Shown: one piece after another, positions 40,707 to 49,985 of the stretch
How the letters are laid out: each line of letters opens with the position of its first letter
Numbering within the stretch: position 1 is the stretch's first letter
DNA from: Spirochaetota bacterium
GTDB taxonomy: Bacteria > Spirochaetota > UBA4802 > UBA5550
Assembly: GCA_963663865.1 (NCBI GenBank)
Contig: OY760686.1
Span: 1,152,001 to 1,216,000, forward strand
Reading direction: 5' to 3'
DNA: 64,000 nt
Translations under genes and position numbers: made by a program
The notes under the pieces: model-generated
What the model saw: only the letters and a program-made list of their open reading frames with translations
The model's database searches: none
Told to the model about the DNA's origin: nothing

Positions 40707-41300
40707 GTTTCCCCCATATCAAATGATGGAAATCTATCACAATTCAGAATTTATGAGAAGATGCTGTCAATTTGACGCTTACGAATAGAGAATGCTGACA
40801 GTTATAGATTTGTTATTCATGGTGCTTTATATCCTATGAATGACCTTGGCACTATTGGTCAATTTGGGGAAAAAGCAATTGAAGGAGTGTTTTTTATTTC
40901 AAGCAAACAAATTCTATTTTCAGTTTATAATCCTAACTTAATGACATATTATACAGTAGATCAAATTAAATTTGATGATATTACATCATTATCATCGAAA
41001 AAACATGGGATTACACGGCTTATTACTATTAAAACAAAAAAAAATTATGTTTATAGCATTATGGTTGTATTATGTTTGAACAATGAAGGAGTAGAAGTTG
41101 ATAAAGATAAAGTCGTCGAATTTATACTTGGGCAAAAAAATCCGAGATTATAAAATAAATATATCACTATTATATTATATCAACTCTATTCATGCTAATT
41201 ATTAAAAAAAGTAAAAGTGTTTATGTTTTTATTGAATATAATTGAAGAAATGTTATCTGATATGATATTCTATGCATGTTGTTTAATAACAATATACTAT

Positions 41301-41427
41301 GAATACTGCTCTTCTTCGTGTTCACATCATTCGGACTCACCGGCTGCTTCGACGGGTCGGTAGATAATACAACCTTGAACAATGTTAAGTACATGCACCC
41401 GAACCATGTCGGTTCAGTTGCAATGGT
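41301..41427 (+). repeat. Second partial duplicate of the RHS lipobox segment (31469-31595)
   Basis: 127-bp colinear copy ending at GSVAMV. Confidence 0.9.
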
Positions 41428-41437
41428 GAGTGTAGTC

Positions 41438-41818
41438 TTTTTTCACGCTGAGAGTGTGGCACTTCTTTTGCCGCTTTTTGACCGGCCAAAAAGCGGCGGG
41501 AAAAAGCTGTTCCTCAGGCGCCGGAAAGGCTTGGCTTTTGCAGTTACTCGACCATTGCAGCGCCGTTATCATCATCCTGATGAAACGGCGCCCGGGCGAT
41601 TTGCATCCATGCAAATCGCACTGGATGAATTGTTGAAGCAGGGTGCCTGCAGTTTCTTAATTCCGCCATTATGTTCCTGCACCCTGTAGAGCCGCCCAAT
41701 TTGGGCGGCTCTACCTCACCGTGACACGCAGCGCCCCGCGGATGACAAGATGAGGAGGGAAGCCGAAGGCAGGAACATTGGCGGCAGATGCAGGGTCACC
41801 CAAATTGGGCGACCCTAC
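41438..41818. repeat. Multi-hairpin mosaic repeat, copy D, with two GTAG-type REPs
   Basis: The 5' part matches copy B and the 3' part matches copy A. REPs at 41686-41714 and 41790-41818. Confidence 0.88.
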
Positions 41819-43770
41819 ATCATCGTCTTCTCAAAGAGCTCTTCGTCTTCGGGGCGACCTATGACGGCGATGTAATCGTTTTCAAGTATTACGTAATCAG
41901 GCTCAGGGTTGGGAAGCAGCTTTCCGTCTCTGAGAATGCCTACTACCGATATCCCGGTCTTCCTGCGTATCTCCGATTCCCTGATGGACTTCCCGGCCAG
42001 GGGGCTGAGCGCTTTCACTTCTTTCCAGTGCATCTCGAGAAAGAAGGGCGTCTTCTTGATCACGGAAAGCACAGAGCTGTCAAGTTTCTCAGTCAGTATG
42101 TTCGTGTAAGTCTGCTGTCTTATCGCGTCAGTGAGGCTGTATATCTCAGTCAATGGAAGGTCAAAGGCAGTCAGCGTCTTCCGCACAATCTCAAGGCTTG
42201 CTTCAAACTCGGGCTGTACTACTTCGAAGATGTTCATTCTGAAGAGCTCGTTTACGCTTGAAAGCGCGTCCGTTCTGGCGATTATCTTGATGCCGGGATT
42301 ATGCCTTGACGCGATGCCGATAATGTCCCGTGCCGTTGATAGAAACGGTATTGTAACAATCAGCAGTCTGGCCCTGTTTATCTGCGCCGCGTGCATGACC
42401 GTCTCCTGGCCGCTGTCTCCGTAGATGACTGGATATCCTGCGGACTTGGACATCTCGAATCTGCGGAAGTCCTGTTCAATAATGATAAAGGGATAGCCCA
42501 GCTCTCTGAAGATAGAAGCGATCTGGCGTCCGACCCTTCCGCCGCCGGCAACAACAATGTGTCCGGTCAGTCCCGCTGAGGAAACATTAATTGTCTGAAA
42601 CTCTTCATGTTTGAAGTACTTCTTCTTGAGTGAGTAGAGCGGCGATGTCAGCATCGACAAAAACGGAGAGATAATCATGGTGATAATCGAAACGGAAAGG
42701 ACCAGCGAATAGAAGTCCGCCCCGATAATCTCGTGCTTTAATCCGGTCCGTGCCAGCACGAATGAGAATTCTCCGACCTGAGCGAGCCCAAAGCCGAGCG
42801 CCAGGGGAATAATATTGAAGTACTTAAAAACCACGCTGAGCGAAGAAAAGATGACAACCTTGCTTATTACGATTACGGCGACAAGCGCGAAGACGAGGCC
42901 GGTATTTTCGGCGATGAATGCCGGATTTACGAGCATACCTATTGAAGTAAAAAACACCAGTCCGAAAATATCTCTCAGGGGGATGATGTCGTTAAGGGCC
43001 TGGTGGCTGTAATCGGACTCGCTGATTACCATTCCGGCGATAAATGCCCCGAAAGCCAGTGAAAGCCCGAACATGTGAGTCAGGTACCCTACGCCGAGAC
43101 CTATGGCCGTAATCGTGACGAGAAAAAGCTCACGGGAGTAGAGCTTTACGACAAGCTTCAGGAGCCAGGGTATTATCCTCATTCCCACAAAGATGATTGC
43201 GACAAGAATGAGCAGTGCTTTCAGAAGGATGAGCAGAAGCGGGACGATATTGCTTTCAAGCGACTGAATATTGGGGATGATGAGCATAAGCGGAATTGCG
43301 GCGAGGTCCTGTACAATCAGTACCCCGATCATTACCCTGCTTGACAGCGTTCCGATGAGCCCCCGGCTCATAAGGGTTTTCAGAACTACCATCGTGCTTG
43401 AGAGTGATATTACCATTCCAAGTACGATGGATTCGGAGAAGGGCAGCCCCAGGAACCTGCCGATTCCGTAACCCGCTCCAATGAGCAAAATCACCTGAAT
43501 CGGCGTGCCGATGAGGGCTATGCCTTTGACGGACTTCAGCTCCTTGAATGAGAAGTCGAGCCCGATTGAGAAGAGAAGAAGCGCGACGCCTATCTCCGCT
43601 AAAAGCTCTATCTGGGGAATCTGTGAAATGGTTACTCCGCCCGTGTGCGGGCCCATTATCACCCCGGCGAGGATGTAGCCGACAATCGGCGGAATCTTGA
43701 GCCTGTTTGCCGCAAGGCCCGCCGCCAGTCCTACCAGTATAATAATGATGAGATCTTCTGCTATTCCCAT
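41815..43770 (-). CDS. CPA2/Kef-family cation:proton antiporter with TrkA-N and TrkA-C domains
   Basis: LAEIGVALLLFSIGL, SLSST, IVQD, FFTSIG, GGGRVG and a C-terminal RCK-C. Confidence 0.92.
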   Translation of the reverse strand: MGIAEDLIIIILVGLAAGLAANRLKIPPIVGYILAGVIMGPHTGGVTISQIPQIELLAEIGVALLLFSIGLDFSFKELKSVKGIALIGTPIQVILLIGAGYGIGRFLGLPFSESIVLGMVISLSSTMVVLKTLMSRGLIGTLSSRVMIGVLIVQDLAAIPLMLIIPNIQSLESNIVPLLLILLKALLILVAIIFVGMRIIPWLLKLVVKLYSRELFLVTITAIGLGVGYLTHMFGLSLAFGAFIAGMVISESDYSHQALNDIIPLRDIFGLVFFTSIGMLVNPAFIAENTGLVFALVAVIVISKVVIFSSLSVVFKYFNIIPLALGFGLAQVGEFSFVLARTGLKHEIIGADFYSLVLSVSIITMIISPFLSMLTSPLYSLKKKYFKHEEFQTINVSSAGLTGHIVVAGGGRVGRQIASIFRELGYPFIIIEQDFRRFEMSKSAGYPVIYGDSGQETVMHAAQINRARLLIVTIPFLSTARDIIGIASRHNPGIKIIARTDALSSVNELFRMNIFEVVQPEFEASLEIVRKTLTAFDLPLTEIYSLTDAIRQQTYTNILTEKLDSSVLSVIKKTPFFLEMHWKEVKALSPLAGKSIRESEIRRKTGISVVGILRDGKLLPNPEPDYVILENDYIAVIGRPEDEELFEKTMM

Positions 43771-43979
43771 ATAGTTCCATCCTGAAAGATAAGGCCTGTT
43801 TCAGGCCGCCTGTACATACAGATTAGCGCCATTGTCTGCTGAGTCAATAAAATTTAAGTCCGTTTCAGCCATTAAAGTTCATATAAAAGCATTTGCAAAA
43901 TAAGTTCTTGCGATATAGTGTAAGAGAATAAACCATTGCGGATGAAGTACTGATATAAACTCGGAGGTAAACAGACGAC

Positions 43980-44591
43980 ATGATAGAATTCTTTAGCGCT
44001 TCCGCGCTTCTGCTGGTACTGCTCAATCCGTTTCTGGTCATAATATATCTCATTGACGCCGTTCAGAAGCTTCAGTACTACGAGTTCGTAAAGGTAATGC
44101 TGAGGGCGTCGCTTATTTCAATAGCGGTGTTCTGCTGTTTCGCGGCCCTGGGCGACGCGATTTTTTCCGATCTGCTGCACGCCGACTTCGCTTCGTTTCA
44201 GATATTCGGAGGAATAGTTTTTCTTCTTATAGGACTCGAGTTCGTATTCAACGGCCCCAAGGCCATAAAGATACTGAGGGGCGATTCCAAATTTTTAGCA
44301 GGCGCTATCGCCATGCCGGTACTGATCGGGCCCGGAACGATAAGCGCGAGCGTGCTTATAGGGAAGCACAATGAGGTGGTCTTTGCCTGCCTTTCGATAG
44401 TGTTTGCCATTGTGGTTTCAGTGATAATCATCATAGCACTGAAGGCGCTTCACGACTATGTCCGCCCCAGGCGCGAACCTCTCATTGAGAGATACATTGA
44501 GATTATGGGGCGCATAACGGCTCTCTTTGTCGGAACAATCTCCATTCAGATGATTATGGAGGGGGTAGGTTCCTGGCTTGACAAGCTGTGA
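43980..44591 (+). CDS. MarC-family membrane protein
   Basis: LLNPF, FQIFGGIV and MPVLIGPGTI; 6 TM segments. Confidence 0.9.
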   Translation: MIEFFSASALLLVLLNPFLVIIYLIDAVQKLQYYEFVKVMLRASLISIAVFCCFAALGDAIFSDLLHADFASFQIFGGIVFLLIGLEFVFNGPKAIKILRGDSKFLAGAIAMPVLIGPGTISASVLIGKHNEVVFACLSIVFAIVVSVIIIIALKALHDYVRPRREPLIERYIEIMGRITALFVGTISIQMIMEGVGSWLDKL

Positions 44592-44821
44592 ATAACGCGG
44601 CAGTAAATTCTGTATTCCTCTGTTGCCTGAAACAGCTGTTTCTTATGGCTGAGAAAAATAAAGTAAATATGTTATCTCTGCAGAAACAGGCAATTATTTG
44701 GAGAAATGGATATTGCAATCAGCGGTTTAATTTTTTAACATGTTCCTGATACTTCTTCTTAAAAACAGATATAATGAGCAGCCGGGAAGACAGAAACCGG
44801 CCTTTGCAGGCAACGGCATGA

Positions 44822-45814
<993 letters not shown>

Positions 45815-45886
45815 TATTTATTTTACATTCTTTTACAGGACTTGTTTTTAAACAAAAAATGAATAACGCGGCAGGGGTTTTGTTGA

Positions 45887-46753
45887 ATGAAAAATGTTTT
45901 GATAACACTGACAGCGGTAATGTGCCTGGGCATAGCGGTTAAAGCGTCCGCTCAGACAGTGCCTGAAAAGCAGCCGCCCTCTCTGTTTTACAATATTGGG
46001 CCGAACATACTTAACAGCTTCATGGGATGGAACGCGCTTTTTATGGCAGGTGGAGTGGGAGCAACGGTATGCCTCGTCAATACCGGTGCTGACGCAAAGA
46101 TTAACGACTTCGCTGCCAATGACCTGAACGGCACCGCGAGCAATGTCTACGGGGTCCCCGCTGCGCTTCTCGGCGCTGTGGTACCCGTTGTGATTCCCTC
46201 TGTTCTTTACTGTACCGCCGATGAGGACGACTACGAGACAATCGGGGCAGCCGCGGCGTCGGGGCAGTCTGTAATTGTGGCATTCACCATGAACTCGCTC
46301 ATGAAGGCGGTTTCAGGGCGCGTCCCGCCGGCCAGAGAGGAGAGGGGAGACACCGCCTCGCGAAGCAGGGCCTTCCATGTCGGCTTCATGAATGAGGGTG
46401 TCTTTGACGGATGGCCCTCTGGGCACTCAATGGTCAACATGGCCCTTGCTTCAACTCTTGCGAATTACTATCCGGAGAAGACATGGCTTCAGGCGGCATC
46501 GTACGGATACGCCCTCTACATTATTTCCGCTGTCTTTCTGGGCCTTGAGGGAAACATGCACTGGTTCTCTGACGGCGTGGCAGGCGGTCTCATGGGCTAC
46601 GCTGTCGGTTCAACTGTCGGAAAGAGCTTTTACCGGCGCCGTATCGCGGGCAGCTCAGACGGTGGGACTGACGGTCCAGTATCAGAGGTGAGCATTATCC
46701 CCCTGATCTTTGAAGACGGGGCCGGCGTCTCCTTTCAGTGCGCCTTCCGCTGA
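45887..46753 (+). CDS. PAP2-family phosphatase, exported/membrane
   Basis: KAVSGRVPP, PSGH and HWFSD motifs; signal peptide (ASA). Confidence 0.82.
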   Translation: MKNVLITLTAVMCLGIAVKASAQTVPEKQPPSLFYNIGPNILNSFMGWNALFMAGGVGATVCLVNTGADAKINDFAANDLNGTASNVYGVPAALLGAVVPVVIPSVLYCTADEDDYETIGAAAASGQSVIVAFTMNSLMKAVSGRVPPAREERGDTASRSRAFHVGFMNEGVFDGWPSGHSMVNMALASTLANYYPEKTWLQAASYGYALYIISAVFLGLEGNMHWFSDGVAGGLMGYAVGSTVGKSFYRRRIAGSSDGGTDGPVSEVSIIPLIFEDGAGVSFQCAFR

Positions 46754-46897
46754 TTAAGAACTTTCCGGAAGATGCGGGCGTTTTGGAAAAAGCCGCTCAG
46801 CCCTGACAGGAAAACCGGCGGCTTCCTCTCTCCAGAGAGTCCAAATGACACAGCCTTCTATGCTCGTCACGGCTGATAGGCTGAGAAGACCACAAAA

Positions 46898-47128
46898 TTA
46901 TGTAAAGCTCACATAGTGTTATGTAAAAGAGACATACCATTATGTAAAAGTCACATAACGTTATGTAAGGAAGACATACCATTATGTAAAAACCACATAA
47001 CGTTATGCAAGGGAGACATACCATTATGTAAAAGTCACATAGCGTGATGTAAGTGAGACATACAATTATGTAAAAGTCACATAATGTTATGTAAAAGAGA
47101 CATACCGTTATGTAAAAACCGCATAATT
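46898..47128. repeat. Array of 11 x 21-bp units, each TATGT-N7-ACATA, alternating two types (42-bp super-period)
   Basis: Units start at 46898, 46919, 46940 ... 47108 with no indels. Confidence 0.95.
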
Positions 47129-47238
47129 TAATGTCAGGCCCATATGTGATTAAGCAGAATCGGCATTATTATCAGTGAATTCGGCCGGAAACCGGGGCTT
47201 TTCTGCCGTGTCTCCGGCAGTTCTCTCCGGCATGGAAT

Positions 47239-47281
47239 AAAAAAATGCCCTCCGGAGAGATGAGATGGACTGCCGGAGGGC
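47239..47281 (-). terminator. Putative terminator after the 47315-47785 gene
   Basis: GCCCTCCGG...CCGGAGGGC stem with a long loop, followed by a T-run on the minus strand. Confidence 0.55.
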
Positions 47282-47314
47282 TAAATAATCAGGAGCACTA
47301 AATCAGGGGGACGT

Positions 47315-47785
47315 TTATTCGGCTGAAGAGCTCTTCTTTCTGCTGCGTTTAAAGAAAACGCCCATCTCCTCTATAGCTACATTCAGCCCCGGGATCTTCT
47401 CCCGGTTCATCTTCGCGGCGGAGTACACCTCAAGCGCCGCGCTCATAGTATCGCTGTTAACCGCCATAAGCGTTCTGTCGAGGCTTTCCGAGAGGGCCCG
47501 CACCTTTTCAGCGACAGCCGCTATGTCGGACGAAAGCTGGTAATCTCGTTTGAACTCTTCGATGTCAAAGACAGCCGGCATTATCTGCGGATAGGCTTCC
47601 GCAGTGCTGTATGCTTTGTCAAGGAAGGGCGCGTAGGCGTTGCCCGCCTTGAAGATGCTCTTGACGTCCTGCGGGCTGATGGAGACGAGAAAGCCCAGGG
47701 TCGCCCTTATTTCGTCTAACTTCGTCATAATATCAGAGAGTGTGTCGGGAGAGATAGATGCTGAAACCATGTTCTGAGAGCTCAT
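47315..47785 (-). CDS. Uncharacterised all-helical protein (156 aa) with basic C-terminus
   Basis: GGAGGA RBS before ATG 47785, amphipathic helices, ends FFKRSRKK. Confidence 0.8.
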   Translation of the reverse strand: MSSQNMVSASISPDTLSDIMTKLDEIRATLGFLVSISPQDVKSIFKAGNAYAPFLDKAYSTAEAYPQIMPAVFDIEEFKRDYQLSSDIAAVAEKVRALSESLDRTLMAVNSDTMSAALEVYSAAKMNREKIPGLNVAIEEMGVFFKRSRKKSSSAE

Positions 47786-48074
47786 AAATCCTCCATTACA
47801 TTGTATGATATTGTCCTCTGCGGAACCGGACAGAATGGACTTATCCGTGTAAATGTCAAGCACTCTTTAAGAGTTTATTCCTTTTGGGGGTGGATATATG
47901 TGCGGGCAGGGCGGCGCGTCAGCCTCCCGGGCGGAAAATTCAGTGACAGTTGAGGTCATCATCCTCCCCTCAAAAAAGAAGTGCGGCGAAACCGTAAAAA
48001 TAAACTTGAGAAATATTATCACTGGTTTAAACAGGTTTATTGGGTTCTGGCGTGATTATACAGGGAGGCTGGCC

Positions 48075-48779
48075 ATGCGGACGCGTTACATTCAGCTCAA
48101 AGACATGAAGCTGGCTTACCGGCGCATGGGCTCAGGCAAAACCCTGCTTCTTCTTCACGGCAACGGTGAGAGCAGGGACATCTTTACTGAATACCAGGAG
48201 GTCTTTTTCGCGGATTACGACACCGTTGCCCCTGACAGCCGGTGCCACGGTGAAAGCGTATTTGACCCGTGTCCGCTCACGATTGAAAGTCTCAGCGATG
48301 ACATCGCGGAGTTCTGCCGCGCGGCCGGAATTGAAGAGGCGTTTTTGATCGGATACAGCGACGGAGCCAACATCGCCCTGCATCTCGCGAAGAGGGCCCC
48401 GCATATATTCAAAAGGATAGCCCTCATCTCGCCGAATGTTCTTGTGTCGGGCTTTAAACCCGCAACGCTGCTGTCAATGAGGCTGCAGCGCTTCTTCTGG
48501 CGCGCGGCCGGGCTGGCTGGACTGGACGTCAGGCGGCGTCTTATGCTGCTCGGACTGATGCTGAACGACATCGGTCTTTCGGGCGAAGACCTTGCTTCCC
48601 TGGACGTGCCGGTCCTTCTTCTATATGCTGAGCGCGACGTCATAAAGAAAAGTCATATTGAGGATATAGCTCTCTCCATTCCGGGCTGCCGGGCTGTAAT
48701 GATCGAAGGGACAGACCATTACAGCATACTCAATGACGCAGCGACGGTGAATGAGCTGCGCCGATTTCTAACCGGCTGA
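48075..48779 (+). CDS. Alpha/beta hydrolase
   Basis: LLHGNG, nucleophile elbow GYSDG, D and H (GTDH). GGAGG before ATG 48075. Confidence 0.88.
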   Translation: MRTRYIQLKDMKLAYRRMGSGKTLLLLHGNGESRDIFTEYQEVFFADYDTVAPDSRCHGESVFDPCPLTIESLSDDIAEFCRAAGIEEAFLIGYSDGANIALHLAKRAPHIFKRIALISPNVLVSGFKPATLLSMRLQRFFWRAAGLAGLDVRRRLMLLGLMLNDIGLSGEDLASLDVPVLLLYAERDVIKKSHIEDIALSIPGCRAVMIEGTDHYSILNDAATVNELRRFLTG

Positions 48780-48796
48780 ATCGGCAGTCTTTCGGA

Positions 48797-49570
48797 TTAT
48801 TTTACGTCAGCCTCAGTCGGGGCCTTCTCCTCTCCGGGGCTCTCTGCGCTATCAGGCTCTTCTTCTCCGGAGCTTTCGACGTCCTTCTTGACTATCTCAA
48901 TCAGCTCTATATCAAAGATGAGCGCCGAGTTTCCTGGAATGCCCTGCATCTCTCTCGGGCCGTAAGCCATGTCGGCGGGAACGAAAATCCTGTAACGCGA
49001 GCCGGGGTTCATCAGCTGAAGGGCCTCAGTCCATCCCTTTATTACCCTGTTTACCGGAAAGACGGCCGGCTCGCCGCGGCTGAAGGAGCTGTCGAACTCA
49101 TTTCCATCAATTGTGTTTCCCCTGTAGTGGACCTTTACCGTGTCGCTGAGAGACGCTTTCTCTCCGCTTCCTTTAGCGATAATCATATACTGGAGGCCGC
49201 TTTCAGTAGTTACCACGCCTACCTTTTGGCCGTTCTCTTTCAGGAACTTCTCGCCCGCGAGCCTCGTCTCCTCAAGCTTTTGGATTCTTGCTTCGCGCAC
49301 TTTCTGCTGAAGCAGCGCCATCGCGCTGTTCCTCTCTTCGGCGCTGAGTTCTGTCTTTTGCCCGGCCATGAAGTCGTCCATGCCCCTGTACACCTGATAG
49401 GTGTTGATGTCGACTCCCGCTTCCTTCAGGCTTTCGCCCATGGTCATTCCCATGGCGTAGCTGTAGGTGTTCTTCTCGCTCGCCTTTGCGGACTCATCGA
49501 CAGCCAGATTGCGGTTAAGCGATGAGCAAGCCGCAAGCAGTACCGGAAATATAATTAGTGCTTTTTTCAT
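48797..49570 (-). CDS. FKBP-type peptidyl-prolyl isomerase (FkpA/Mip-like lipoprotein)
   Basis: LAAC lipobox, SYAMG, SGLQY, VHYRG, FDSS and VIKGW. Confidence 0.93.
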   Translation of the reverse strand: MKKALIIFPVLLAACSSLNRNLAVDESAKASEKNTYSYAMGMTMGESLKEAGVDINTYQVYRGMDDFMAGQKTELSAEERNSAMALLQQKVREARIQKLEETRLAGEKFLKENGQKVGVVTTESGLQYMIIAKGSGEKASLSDTVKVHYRGNTIDGNEFDSSFSRGEPAVFPVNRVIKGWTEALQLMNPGSRYRIFVPADMAYGPREMQGIPGNSALIFDIELIEIVKKDVESSGEEEPDSAESPGEEKAPTEADVK

Positions 49571-49985
49571 GTTGCTTCCTTCCATTTTATTTCTGTATGA
49601 TTATCGGCGGGCTGTTCATCCCCCGGTTGTGATACGATTCCGGTATTTGGAACATGGCTCCGGTTTTAGTAAAGGAGATTTTTTATCAAACACCATATAA
49701 ACCGGATTCTTATAGCTGAATGAAAGCAAACAAGTTATTGCAAAAAAAATACGGAAATGGCATTGTGATTTATCATCAGGGTGAAGGCCCGGTTTAAGTG
49801 GATCGAATGAACGGTTTATGGCTGAGCGGGTATCCGCATTGGCCGGTATTGTCATAGATCAGGGTGATTCGGGCCGCGGACTGGTTCGCGTGACCATTGA
49901 CGCGCGGATTAAGCCGCTATATTTGGAAATATTCATAACACAATAAAATAGAAATAACAACAATCAGTAAAGGAGGAAGGTTCTT

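Larger units (their letters stand above)
38377..40782 (-). mobile_element. Complete IS66-family insertion sequence (2406 bp)
   Basis: Terminal inverted repeats GTAAGCGTCAAAT / ATTTGACGCTTAC, 8-bp target duplication GAATAGAG (38369-38376 and 40783-40790), tnpA-tnpB-tnpC. Confidence 0.96.
38257..41153 (+). pseudogene. Lipoprotein (candidate immunity 4) interrupted by IS66
   Basis: 38257-38376 (MNKKYCLIMVFMVFVSC...) joins 40791-41153 in frame once the IS and one target-site copy are removed, giving 160 aa. GGAGG RBS present. Confidence 0.85.

Noticed and set aside
32568-41153. Integron cassette array to explain the AT-rich ORFs
   Set aside because: No integron integrase and no convincing attC sites; cassettes are delimited by RHS-core homology instead.
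31168-41427. Diversity-generating retroelement (template/variable repeats) to explain the RHS duplicates
   Set aside because: No reverse transcriptase in the window, and differences between copies are mostly synonymous and not adenine-specific.
46898-47128. CRISPR array or TIGR array
   Set aside because: Units abut with only 7-bp semi-conserved centres and no unique spacers; the period is 21/42 bp; no cas or Nop-domain gene is recognisable nearby.
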